26,612 nt of DNA from a virus (Duplodnaviria > Caudoviricetes). Location of the stretch: positions 1 through 26,612 of the IMG/VR virus record IMGVR_UViG_3300007987_000072, one strand, 5' to 3'. Under the pieces are notes generated by a model. It did not search any database, had not been told where the DNA came from, and saw nothing but the letters and a program-made list of their open reading frames with translations. This document shows, in pieces, positions 16,323 to 24,494 of this stretch; position 1 is the first letter of the stretch, and the number at the start of each line of letters is the position of its first letter. Made by a program: the position numbers and the translations under genes.

Positions 16323-17563
16323 CGATAAGCGCTCCTTGCCTTATTTTTCTTTTCAATCGTATTTCTTTTAAGCATGATTTCTAAGAATTCATCCCGAAAT
16401 GTATCTCCTGCAATATATTCAAGTTTCCATGTGTAATCATTCTTTTTCTCCTTAACATAACGAACAAAAACATTCAACATGCTCTTATGTAGGGAAATAC
16501 ATGCACCATCAGAAACTTTGTATTTTTCATCAATAATTTCTAAATATTTTGAAGCCTTAATAAAAACTTTAGAGGAAACAGAAACTCCATTCATCACAGT
16601 TCCTATTTTATTTTTCAATTTTTCTGATATTTCTGTTGGAACAGAATCTTTGATATGCAGAAAGCAATTAACGAGGGGAGAATGATCTGGTGCAGTTGTT
16701 TTATATTTTTTGCCGAAATAACGCAGAACAATAAATTGGTCAAAATAAATATTATCAATCTTTTTATTTAAAACTTTTACGTAATAGTCAATGCTGGATT
16801 TTATTTCTTCAACAGTCCATTTCTTAAATCGTAAATCTTGATCTGAAACAAGTTTTATATAAGGATTAGCTCCGTCAATCAATAATTCATAAATCATGTT
16901 TTGGATCTTGATCATTCCTTGTGCTTCAAGACTTTGATGAACTTTCCCATCAGAATAATACCAATGTTCAAGAACTTCTTCGATCTGTTGTTCAAGATCC
17001 TTTTGTTTAGGATTCTCTTGTTCAAGATCTTCTTGTTTAGGATTCTCTTGTTTAGGATTCTCTTGATCAAGATCCTTTTGTTCAAGATCTTCTTGTTTAG
17101 GATTCTCTTGATCAACAGCATTGTTCCCGTCTTCACGCAAACTCTGTTTGCGCTTTTCTTTAGAAAAGCTTTTTCTTTTTTGTATTACTCTTTCTGTATT
17201 ACTATCTTTGCTATTTTCGCAATGTCCCTCTTGCGGATCTGCAAGGGGTCTATTTAAAGAATTAAATACGTTGCTTTCATATCTAATTTTCATTCTTCTT
17301 TCAATAACTTGCTTGCCTTTAGTTATGTCCCAAATTTCAAGAATTCCTCTTTTTTGCAGGTCGGAAATTATATGGGATATTCTTGTTGGAGATAGTCCAA
17401 AAAATTCAGCAAAATGTCGGTTATTGGCGTAACAATAACCTTTGTCATTCTTTGTTAGGGAGTCTATTTCAACAATCATTACTTTTTCTTGGAGAGATAA
17501 TTCTGTTGATAGCCAAATTTCTTTAGAAATCCATATACCTTTAAAATCTCTTGATAATGTCAT
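16319..17563 (-). CDS. Phage replication initiator protein with N-terminal HTH
   Basis: FKGIWISKEIW...EKVMIVEIDSL...YCYANNRHFAEFFGLSPTRISHIISDL is typical of phage initiator HTH domains. Low-complexity linker with repeats; coupled to the helicase gene. Confidence 0.8.
   Translation of the reverse strand: MTLSRDFKGIWISKEIWLSTELSLQEKVMIVEIDSLTKNDKGYCYANNRHFAEFFGLSPTRISHIISDLQKRGILEIWDITKGKQVIERRMKIRYESNVFNSLNRPLADPQEGHCENSKDSNTERVIQKRKSFSKEKRKQSLREDGNNAVDQENPKQEDLEQKDLDQENPKQENPKQEDLEQENPKQKDLEQQIEEVLEHWYYSDGKVHQSLEAQGMIKIQNMIYELLIDGANPYIKLVSDQDLRFKKWTVEEIKSSIDYYVKVLNKKIDNIYFDQFIVLRYFGKKYKTTAPDHSPLVNCFLHIKDSVPTEISEKLKNKIGTVMNGVSVSSKVFIKASKYLEIIDEKYKVSDGACISLHKSMLNVFVRYVKEKKNDYTWKLEYIAGDTFRDEFLEIMLKRNTIEKKNKARSAYR
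16991..17110. repeat. Eight tandem 15-bp units of two types; candidate iterons/origin
   Basis: TTTAGGATTCTCTTG x4 (exact) interleaved with (T/A)TCAAGATC(C/T)T(T/C)TTG x4; encodes QENPK / QEDLE / QKDL(D/E). Confidence 0.85.
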
Positions 17564-17612
17564 TTATATCTCCAGTAATGATTATTGCCTATTTCTAATG
17601 AATTTTGAACGT

Positions 17613-17733
17613 AAAAAGCCCTCGGAGATGACTTTGACCTTGACCAGGAAAATCGAGTACACAAATCAAAAACTCGTTAGTGCTTGGCGAACACTAATAA
17701 AATCTCGGTCAAAGCCATCTCGGAGGGCTTTTT
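17613..17733 (-). ncRNA. Structured cis-regulatory leader RNA or attenuator candidate
   Basis: 27-bp inverted repeat (17613-17639 / 17707-17733; 25 Watson-Crick pairs, one G-U on the minus strand, one mismatch) enclosing two small hairpins and ending in a U-tract. Confidence 0.6.
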
Positions 17734-17820
17734 TATTTTTATAGATTTATGTGTGTTCTCCTTTTTATTAGTAAGCTCCACAATGCCATTTGTTTCTTCG
17801 CTATAACTAATATGAACGTG

Positions 17821-17849
17821 ATTCTAAACGATATAATACTACTTGTCAA
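17821..17849 (-). promoter_or_regulatory. Sigma70-type promoter for the initiator-helicase operon
   Basis: TTGACA-N17-TAGAAT on the minus strand. Confidence 0.82.
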
Positions 17850-17898
17850 CAAAAATTTATACGCTTATTTCATTGACTTTGTACACATTCCTGCGTAG

Positions 17899-18822
17899 TT
17901 AGGATGCTTTTACCCTGTCTATATCTTCTTGCGAAAGTTTATCTGGATCTATGCCATCAGGCAAGTCAAACACTCGCACATCACAGAAAGGAGCCATATC
18001 ATTTCCTAATCTTTCCGCTGCTCTCCTTCCTGCATCATCACCATCAAAAAGTATTTTTAATACAGAAAATTTTGACAGTAATTTTTTCTGTTCTGGAGTT
18101 AACTTTGTTCCAAATGTGGGAACACTTCCATCACCTACTCTGAAATGATCAAACAGACCTTCAACCACAATAATTGTGTTTCCGTCAGTATTCTCTATTC
18201 CAAATAGATGATGCTTAACAGAAATAATTGATTCTTCATCTTTTAGATGTTTATATCGCAAATTAGTTTCATCTGAAATATCAACGGATGTGAATGTAAT
18301 TAGTCTGTAATTTTTAAGAACGGGAACAATGATTCTGTTTCTCCATTTACCTATAGGACCACAAAAATGTAGATTATATTTATCAGAGAGATATTTCCAA
18401 TCATATCCCCTACTTTGCAGATATCCTGCATGATAAGGTGTTATTTTTCTTGACGCTTCTTTAGGAAGTTCAACATGAGTAATGCTATTACTTACTTTCT
18501 CTTCAAAGGATCTTAATTCTCTTGGAATAGAATCTCCAAGAATCTGAATTGCTTTGCTGAAAGATTGAAGTTGTTCAGCCAGATATTTTATGACTGTTCC
18601 AGTTGTACCACATTTGAAACAGGATATCGTTTTCTGAACAATATTGATTCCCAAATGGTTCGAATCATCCCCACAAAAAGGGCAGGATACTCCTATCCAG
18701 CCTTCTGAAACATTTTTTCCTGATTCTGTGTAGTAAATATGCAAGTCATCAAGAACACTTCGTATATCAACATTGTCAATTTGAAGCTTTCCTTTTTTTC
18801 TCTCTTTTCTTCTTTGTCGCAT
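17899..18822 (-). CDS. DNA primase (DnaG-type, Zn ribbon plus TOPRIM)
   Basis: CPFC...H...CFKC zinc-binding region, YLQSRG, RIIVP, TOPRIM VVEGLFD and FDGDDAG. Confidence 0.9.
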   Translation of the reverse strand: MRQRRKERKKGKLQIDNVDIRSVLDDLHIYYTESGKNVSEGWIGVSCPFCGDDSNHLGINIVQKTISCFKCGTTGTVIKYLAEQLQSFSKAIQILGDSIPRELRSFEEKVSNSITHVELPKEASRKITPYHAGYLQSRGYDWKYLSDKYNLHFCGPIGKWRNRIIVPVLKNYRLITFTSVDISDETNLRYKHLKDEESIISVKHHLFGIENTDGNTIIVVEGLFDHFRVGDGSVPTFGTKLTPEQKKLLSKFSVLKILFDGDDAGRRAAERLGNDMAPFCDVRVFDLPDGIDPDKLSQEDIDRVKAS

Positions 18823-18828
18823 GACATT

Positions 18829-19344
18829 TTAATCCTCACACTCTTTGCATTCAATGCATGATCTAGGATATCCAGGACTCACTTCATGTTCTGGAGCTGT
18901 TTTAAGATCTCCATCATAAACAATTTCACCGCAAATTATACACAATGTACCATCTAAAACACTCTCCACTATTTTCGCCCCTATTATAGATCCTCTCCCT
19001 GCTATTCTGCCACATCCTTCACATGGATGAGTGACATGATTAAGACAGCCAGTATGATGACATGGTTCTCCATCTTTTAATATTTTCATAACTTTAGAAT
19101 CTTTATAGGGAATAGCTGATGTCTCCAAGATACCTTCAGAAATATGGTTATGTAAACATTCTTCCCAATCACCAGTGCCTTTAGCATTAGTAGTTCCAGC
19201 TTCAAGATTTTTATTTAAGGTTCTTTCTATTTTAGAATCAGTTCCTTTTTCACATTGAAACCCATTAGCGCCACAAGTAAGATAAATACAACATTCGTGC
19301 CCTTGTCCAAGTCTACATGATTTTTTCTGATCATCTATCTTCAT
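18829..19344 (-). CDS. Cys-rich multi-module hypothetical protein
   Basis: Three Cys/His clusters: CRLGQGHECC...C; PCHHTGCLNHVTHPCEGC; CIIC...CIEC. Confidence 0.7.
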   Translation of the reverse strand: MKIDDQKKSCRLGQGHECCIYLTCGANGFQCEKGTDSKIERTLNKNLEAGTTNAKGTGDWEECLHNHISEGILETSAIPYKDSKVMKILKDGEPCHHTGCLNHVTHPCEGCGRIAGRGSIIGAKIVESVLDGTLCIICGEIVYDGDLKTAPEHEVSPGYPRSCIECKECED

Positions 19345-19538
19345 AATTGCTCCTTATAACCTCTTTTAGGCTTAAACCGAATGAATGCTTCTCCGTCAAT
19401 ACATATCCATATTCTGTCATCTTCTGCAATTTGAATCCCAAAATCGCAGTCAAGTTTAGATTTTTGACTAGATTCGATTGTGAGCATTCCTCGAAGATGT
19501 GTCTCTGGTTGGTCCGTAAGCACTGTAAGTTTTTTCAT
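19341..19538 (-). CDS. Hypothetical protein
   Basis: Likely start ATG 19538 (MKKLTV) after RBS AGGAG; the ORF track extends it to 19592. Contains GIQIAEDDRIWICIDG. Confidence 0.65.
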   Translation of the reverse strand: MKKLTVLTDQPETHLRGMLTIESSQKSKLDCDFGIQIAEDDRIWICIDGEAFIRFKPKRGYKEQL

Positions 19539-19539
19539 T

Positions 19540-19976
19540 TTATTCATCTCCTTCTGGAAGTTTCCAATGTTCCCACTCTTCGCATCGTTCATTTGTTCCT
19601 GTTGACCAAGCTGATTTTCCTTCTGAAAAAGTTATCATGCGTCCGTTTGATGCCCATTCTTTGAAATGACACCTATGCTTAATGTATCCACTACTATGTC
19701 CAACTAACACATGATCATTTTCCTTTAGATCAGGTAATTTATCTTGCACAACTCCGTCAATCACCTGTCTAAGTGATTCTGTCCAATCATCGCCTAGATC
19801 AAGTCTGTTGAAAACTTCTTTATCTAAAATTACGCTATTCGTGTTTCTCGCATTATTGGGATGCCCCAAAAATAAACACAAATGGAAGGCTTTTCTGCAT
19901 AAAACTCCTGTTGCCCATTTTTGTCTTGCACCACCCATCCATTAAGATCTGACTTGATTTCTAGTTTTTGTTTCAT
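19540..19976 (-). pseudogene. Frameshifted hypothetical gene (about 145 aa if joined)
   Basis: ATG 19976 (ATGA overlap, RBS GAGGA) reads MKQKLEIKSDLNGWVVQDKNGQQEFYAEKP..YFWG and stops at 19830. The -1 frame continues HPNN...DWTESL...WEHWKLPEGDE. The junction is at TTTTTGGGG (19864-19872). Confidence 0.6.
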
Positions 19977-20185
19977 TGTCCATCCTCTACTGTTGAGGCA
20001 TCATAAATTATACTAGATAACTTGATCCCTTTTAAATTAAACTGATTATCGCAATAAATACATCTTAATCTATCTCCTGATCTCCAAGATTTATAACTCT
20101 TACTAAATTTTTTACACTTAGGACAACTCCAATCAGATGTTTTCCCATTATTTATTATTATAATCTCTAAAGATTCATTTAGCAT
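19973..20185 (-). CDS. Small zinc-ribbon protein
   Basis: CPKC...CIYC; RBS GGAG. Confidence 0.65.
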   Translation of the reverse strand: MLNESLEIIIINNGKTSDWSCPKCKKFSKSYKSWRSGDRLRCIYCDNQFNLKGIKLSSIIYDASTVEDGQ

Positions 20186-20205
20186 AATGAGTTTTCTCCC
20201 AAAGA

Positions 20206-20475
20206 CTACTGTTCAAAAATGTGAAAGACTAAAGCCCCTTTATTCATTTGAATAGTTCCCACATACTCACCAGATTTTTCAAGTATAATCTGTCCTGTGC
20301 CATAGACATTAAATGTTCTACTTTCTTTTTTATTTTCTGGATCAACAAGCATCCATATACAAGGCAAATTATCCTGTACTTGAACACAAAGTGTTTTAGC
20401 TCCAATAGGAACTTGTAAAGTTGTTACAGGTTTTAGTTCATATTTCCAAATTGTTTTCATCACATCTCTTTTCAC
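20206..20475 (-). CDS. Hypothetical phage protein
   Basis: TIWKYEL...CIWMLVDP...VYGTG...YVGT...LVFHIFE pattern; true start may be the second Met (MKTIWKY). Confidence 0.75.
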   Translation of the reverse strand: MKRDVMKTIWKYELKPVTTLQVPIGAKTLCVQVQDNLPCIWMLVDPENKKESRTFNVYGTGQIILEKSGEYVGTIQMNKGALVFHIFEQ

Positions 20476-20650
20476 AGTGCATATGGATTATTTTATCTTC
20501 GACGTTAGTGGAAATATTTACATATCCTTTTTCAGCAAGTCGATTCAGAACAGCTCCAACTCTGGAATTATTTACCAGTGTTTTTCTATGTATACGTAAA
20601 TATTTTTGTAGACTAATATCAATTGGACTAATAGTTATTTTGAATTTCAT
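20438..20650 (-). CDS. Hypothetical protein
   Basis: 70 aa; RBS AAGGA. Confidence 0.6.
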   Translation of the reverse strand: MKFKITISPIDISLQKYLRIHRKTLVNNSRVGAVLNRLAEKGYVNISTNVEDKIIHMHCEKRCDENNLEI

Positions 20651-20673
20651 CTTATATCCTTTTTACAAGTAGA

Positions 20674-22080
20674 TTATCCCCATTGACTCTTGTAAATTTT
20701 ATTTCTTGCAAATCCAGAGTATCTTAGCACCTTTACATTCTCGTCTCGAAAATCATATACTCTTGGCACTTTTCCTTCTTCTGGACGCAAAATACGGCCG
20801 ACTATCTGAATCAATCTGCCACTAAATTTTATTGGTGTTACAAGAAACAACGCAGAGAGATTTGGAGAATCAAATCCTTCAGCAATAAGAGATAAAGTAG
20901 AGATTAAAACAGGACATTTACCTGATCGTACATCTTCAATGATCTCTTTTCTATCTTTTGCATTTACTTTGCCTGATAATGTATGCGCTTTTATATTCAT
21001 TTTTTTCAATCTATGTGCTATTTCTTCGCAATGTGATACTCTATCAGACACAACTAATATGTTCTGCTTATTCTGCTTTAAATCGTCGCTTATAGTGTCA
21101 CAAATGAACGAATTTCGCGCTTCATTCTTTGTCAAGTCACTTATAATTGACGCATAAGAAACTCCTTGCTCGTCTCCGAATCCTCTGCCGTATTTATAGC
21201 TTGTTTTCACAAGAATGATTTGTGGTTTAAGAACTGCTCCCACATCTTCAAGCATTTCTCTATCCACTTTATGTGTATTAGGACCTATATGTACAAATAT
21301 AGCTTTTCCTAATCCATCATTTCTATAGACAGTTGCAGATAATCCTAGAAAATATTTAGCTGAAAATTCTGTTAACGTTTCAGTCCATGTACTAGCCGGG
21401 GCCCTATGACATTCGTCAATAATGATATGTCCAAATCTGTTAGACAATTCATCGATTTTGTTTTTAACAGTATTGATTATTCCTACAGTAATATCTTTGA
21501 TGACGAATTTTCCATCGCCAATAAGACCACATTCATAATCAAGAAACTTTTTAATTGCTTCTTGCCATTGATACAGTAATTCTTTTGTATGACAAATAAT
21601 TAAAGTAGGTTGTTTTCGCATTGCAATTATGCCAATTGCAGTTACTGTTTTTCCTGATCCTGTAGCAGCTTCCAAAACACCTATTGGATATCTTCTGACA
21701 ACATCTCCCACAGCAATTTTTTGATAGTCTCTTAATTCACCTTTGAATTGAAAATTTATAGGTGGTAAGAGCAATGTCCTATCGTCTATTTTTACTTTAT
21801 AGTTATGTTGTTTTAACCATCTCTTCATTACCCAGATATATCCACGGGGTGTCCATATTATATCCTTCTCTCTTGACACAGCAAAGAAATATAATTTTGC
21901 AGGAACATCAGATCCTACCCATACACCATGTCTTACAGCGGATAGATATTCAGGATTATCAAATGTAAGTTCTGAATAAAGTTTCTTCTTTGCTTTTTGA
22001 GGGAGATTACGAAAAGTAACTCCTTTGCCTATTCTTATGTGTACTGTTTTACCATTCAGGGCCATCATAGTAGTCCTCAT
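20674..22080 (-). CDS. Superfamily 2 DNA helicase (DExH, UvsW/ResIII-like)
   Basis: Q motif LRDYQ, Walker A ATGSGKT, DECH, SAT, EGFD and QIVGRILR; true start may be a few codons downstream. Confidence 0.92.
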   Translation of the reverse strand: MRTTMMALNGKTVHIRIGKGVTFRNLPQKAKKKLYSELTFDNPEYLSAVRHGVWVGSDVPAKLYFFAVSREKDIIWTPRGYIWVMKRWLKQHNYKVKIDDRTLLLPPINFQFKGELRDYQKIAVGDVVRRYPIGVLEAATGSGKTVTAIGIIAMRKQPTLIICHTKELLYQWQEAIKKFLDYECGLIGDGKFVIKDITVGIINTVKNKIDELSNRFGHIIIDECHRAPASTWTETLTEFSAKYFLGLSATVYRNDGLGKAIFVHIGPNTHKVDREMLEDVGAVLKPQIILVKTSYKYGRGFGDEQGVSYASIISDLTKNEARNSFICDTISDDLKQNKQNILVVSDRVSHCEEIAHRLKKMNIKAHTLSGKVNAKDRKEIIEDVRSGKCPVLISTLSLIAEGFDSPNLSALFLVTPIKFSGRLIQIVGRILRPEEGKVPRVYDFRDENVKVLRYSGFARNKIYKSQWG

Positions 22081-22243
22081 TTACAGGTGGATGATTCTGA
22101 TCTTGTAACCTTCCATTAAGATGCAGATCATCTAAAATAATCCAGTTTTCATTACTTTCTGGATCGCCAGAGGTACCTTTTGATTTATCAGGTGGCCATA
22201 TCAAATTTATAATTCCATATAAAATAACGTCTATAATAAACAT
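22049..22243 (-). CDS. Small hypothetical protein with hydrophobic N-terminus
   Basis: MFIIDVILYGIINLIW followed by a polar tail; RBS AAGGA. Confidence 0.55.
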   Translation of the reverse strand: MFIIDVILYGIINLIWPPDKSKGTSGDPESNENWIILDDLHLNGRLQDQNHPPVNEDYYDGPEW

Positions 22244-22257
22244 AACAGTATCCTTAT

Positions 22258-22285
22258 TAGGGCAGCCGACCTACTAACTGCCCTA
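22258..22285. terminator. GC-rich intergenic hairpin, possible weak terminator or processing site
   Basis: TAGGGCAG / CTGCCCTA stem; no clear U-tract on the coding strand. Confidence 0.4.
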
Positions 22286-22291
22286 TTTAAA

Positions 22292-22648
22292 TTATTTCCA
22301 AGTCCATCGTAAAATAGAATCAAGAGTAATTCTCCACTTATCTATCATTGAATCAGGAACTACTTTTCTAAGAGGTACAATCTGTACTTTCACAATCTCA
22401 GGAAATCTACTTGCCATATTTTTTCTTTTGAGATAATCAAGAACTGTCTTCGGAGAAATCTCACTGTATTTTTCAGTTTCAGCAATAACAAGTTCATCTC
22501 CTGAGCCATTAGTATAAGTTCCCTTAGCAGTTAATCCTAATTCTGCCTTAATTTTACCAAGTCGCTCATCAAGAATCTTTTGTTCCTTTCTGATTCTACA
22601 TCCTTCTGCCAACAACAATGCTTTTTTACCTTTCAATATTTCTGACAT
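22292..22648 (-). CDS. Hypothetical basic protein
   Basis: 118 aa; RBS GAGG. Confidence 0.72.
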   Translation of the reverse strand: MSEILKGKKALLLAEGCRIRKEQKILDERLGKIKAELGLTAKGTYTNGSGDELVIAETEKYSEISPKTVLDYLKRKNMASRFPEIVKVQIVPLRKVVPDSMIDKWRITLDSILRWTWK

Positions 22649-22683
22649 TTTATTTCCTCTTCTACGAGATAATTAGAAAGTTT

Positions 22684-22884
22684 CTAGGCTCGTTTCCTAC
22701 GTGAAACTTTCTTTTTTGGCTTTTCTTGTTCAATGTCGAATGATCCGGGTTGTACTTCCTCAATGTGATTTGCGAGTATCATTTGAATATATGAAGAAAG
22801 TGAACGACAGTCCTTTTCTGCAAGAACTGATAATTTTTCTTTCATTTTTTGTGGATAACTAAAACTTAATCTTGTAGCAGGCAT
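22684..22884 (-). CDS. Ribbon-helix-helix (Arc/CopG-like) regulator
   Basis: TRLSFSYPQKMKEKLSVLAEKDCRSLSSYIQMIL; RBS AAGGAG. Confidence 0.8.
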   Translation of the reverse strand: MPATRLSFSYPQKMKEKLSVLAEKDCRSLSSYIQMILANHIEEVQPGSFDIEQEKPKKKVSRRKRA

Positions 22885-22895
22885 TTTTATTCTCC

Positions 22896-22955
22896 TTTTG
22901 TGTTGAATTTATACAGTATAAATTAAAACATTTTTATATAAAAGTCAACACAAAA
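22896..22955 (-). promoter_or_regulatory. Promoter with nested inverted repeats (candidate operators)
   Basis: TTGACT-N17-TAATTT (22948-22920); palindrome AATTTATAC-A-GTATAAATT (22906-22924); outer inverted repeat TTTTGTGTTGA / TCAACACAAAA (22896-22906 / 22945-22955). Confidence 0.65.
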
Positions 22956-22967
22956 TAATTTAATCTA

Positions 22968-23522
22968 TTATTTACTAGGATTTGGAGATTTTGTGATGGA
23001 CACGAAATCCCGAACAACCTTATTTCTTTCAATTACAGGAATAAGTCTGAATGACTTCCTAAGTATTGACGTTTGCATTTGTACAGATTGTTCAGTTCTT
23101 TCTAATTTCTGACCTATTATATAATTCGACATTTGATCCATTTTCATTTCAGCAAGTCGAATTATATCTGTTTCACTCCACGGCTTTCCATGATTATCAG
23201 GAAGCAATGTCTTTTCTTGTTCCAGAATTTGTGTAAGTTTTGCAACACTTCCCACAATTCTGTTACTTCTAATTTCAACGACTCCTTCTTTTGCCATGTA
23301 TCTGATAATATCAGCGGTGAAACTGGTACTAATATTTCTCATCCCTGTTACTTCTTCTACTTTTTTGATTGATATGTCTCCTTTGTATCTCACAACAAGG
23401 TCAATGACACACCGAACAATTGAATCAACTGCTCGTTGAATCTTTGGATGAAAACTATCTACTTTACTTGGCAAAAGTCTGAGATGTGTACTTTCTACGA
23501 CCATTTCATTTCTCCTTAGCAA
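22968..23522 (-). CDS. Putative DNA-binding protein with a C-terminal Myb/HTH-like domain
   Basis: GKPWSETDIIRL...IGQKLERTEQSV; possible winged helix in the N-terminal half. Real start is probably at MVVEST. Confidence 0.65.
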   Translation of the reverse strand: MLRRNEMVVESTHLRLLPSKVDSFHPKIQRAVDSIVRCVIDLVVRYKGDISIKKVEEVTGMRNISTSFTADIIRYMAKEGVVEIRSNRIVGSVAKLTQILEQEKTLLPDNHGKPWSETDIIRLAEMKMDQMSNYIIGQKLERTEQSVQMQTSILRKSFRLIPVIERNKVVRDFVSITKSPNPSK

Positions 23523-23899
23523 ATGAGTTTATGTAATACTTCTATCAACAATTCTTTATGAAACGTTGAAATACAGGTTTTTCGCTCTTCTGATTCCTGA
23601 GAAATATCATTTAGCATTTCAGCTAAAGTCCCCATTTTGACTTTCTCTATCGAGTATTCCTTTTTTCCTTCTTTGAATTTAATTCTTGGGCTTTTTTCTC
23701 CAGGCTTTGTTATGATCTTTCCAGATCTATCTTTATATCCTATTTTCCCTATTCTTTGAAGCTTGCTGGTTTTTGATTTTATATCTCCCAAAGTAGTATT
23801 GTATTTCTTTGCCAGATCAGCAGCCGAGTATTTCTCCGAATTGAAATCATTGATTAGATTTTCCTCTGTAAGCGTTTCTGATGATAAAGTTTCTTCCAT
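23516..23899 (-). CDS. Putative HTH protein
   Basis: YSAADLAKKYNTTLGDIKSKTSKLQRIGKI; RBS AAGGAG. Confidence 0.65.
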   Translation of the reverse strand: MEETLSSETLTEENLINDFNSEKYSAADLAKKYNTTLGDIKSKTSKLQRIGKIGYKDRSGKIITKPGEKSPRIKFKEGKKEYSIEKVKMGTLAEMLNDISQESEERKTCISTFHKELLIEVLHKLIC

Positions 23900-23919
23900 G
23901 AATATTCTCCTTTGCGGTA

Positions 23920-24225
23920 TTATACCTTTACAAATACGTATTCATAGTTTTCATAAAAGGTTTTATTCTTCCCATTTTTTAGAATTCTTTTTTCAGGATC
24001 AACTACAGTATGTCTTCCATACACAGCAGTAGGTATTCCCTCAACAATGTTTCCAGGGATATAAACTACATCCCCCTTTTTTAAATCTTTCCATAGGGTT
24101 TTATTTGCGTGAATTACTTTCTTTCCAAAAACAGTGTTTCTACCGGAAGATTTTTCACGATCTATGTAAATATGCTCTATCTTTTCCATTAGTAACTCCT
24201 TGTGATTTGATTTTCTGTAGCCCAA
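23920..24225 (-). CDS. Hypothetical protein
   Basis: ORF; likely start is the internal MEKIEH after AGGAG. Confidence 0.62.
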   Translation of the reverse strand: MGYRKSNHKELLMEKIEHIYIDREKSSGRNTVFGKKVIHANKTLWKDLKKGDVVYIPGNIVEGIPTAVYGRHTVVDPEKRILKNGKNKTFYENYEYVFVKV

Positions 24226-24494
24226 ACAAAGTTCCCATTTTCAAGACGAATTCCTATTTCATCTTGTTCATTTTTTTCGATGATTATCCCTTTAATAGAA
24301 TTATTGTACAGGACTATTTTATAATGCTCAGGTCCTTTTGCAATTCTACAAAGAGCATCATACCATGAAGTGTATCCGGGCATATGATCCCAGATATAAT
24401 TGATAAATTTATCTTCTTCAGGTGTAACTTTTTTACCCCAATTACACCATTGCGCTCCAGCTTGCAAAATCTCTTTTGCTCTTTCAGGTGTCAT
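24189..24494 (-). CDS. Hypothetical protein
   Basis: TAATG-coupled ORF with RBS GAGG. Confidence 0.7.
   Translation of the reverse strand: MTPERAKEILQAGAQWCNWGKKVTPEEDKFINYIWDHMPGYTSWYDALCRIAKGPEHYKIVLYNNSIKGIIIEKNEQDEIGIRLENGNFVWATENQITRSY

Noticed and set aside
16991-17110. Possible CRISPR array
   Set aside because: Units are contiguous 15-mers with no unique spacers, lie in frame in a CDS, and no cas genes are present.
16901-17257. Repetitive ORFs (ILNKR and FRILL repeats) at 16912-17136 (-) and 16901-17257 (+)
   Set aside because: Alternative-frame readings of the 15-bp repeat array inside the initiator gene.
17613-17733. Possible tRNA
   Set aside because: The structure is branched but lacks a TTCRA T-loop, D-loop GG and anticodon arm, and the closing stem is far too long.
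17442-17744. Plus-strand 100-aa ORF across the leader
   Set aside because: No RBS, overlaps the initiator antisense, and the region is better explained by RNA structure.
17873-17901. Plus-strand TTGACT-N17-TAGTTA antisense promoter into primase
   Set aside because: The -10 lacks the conserved final T, and such matches are expected by chance in AT-rich DNA.
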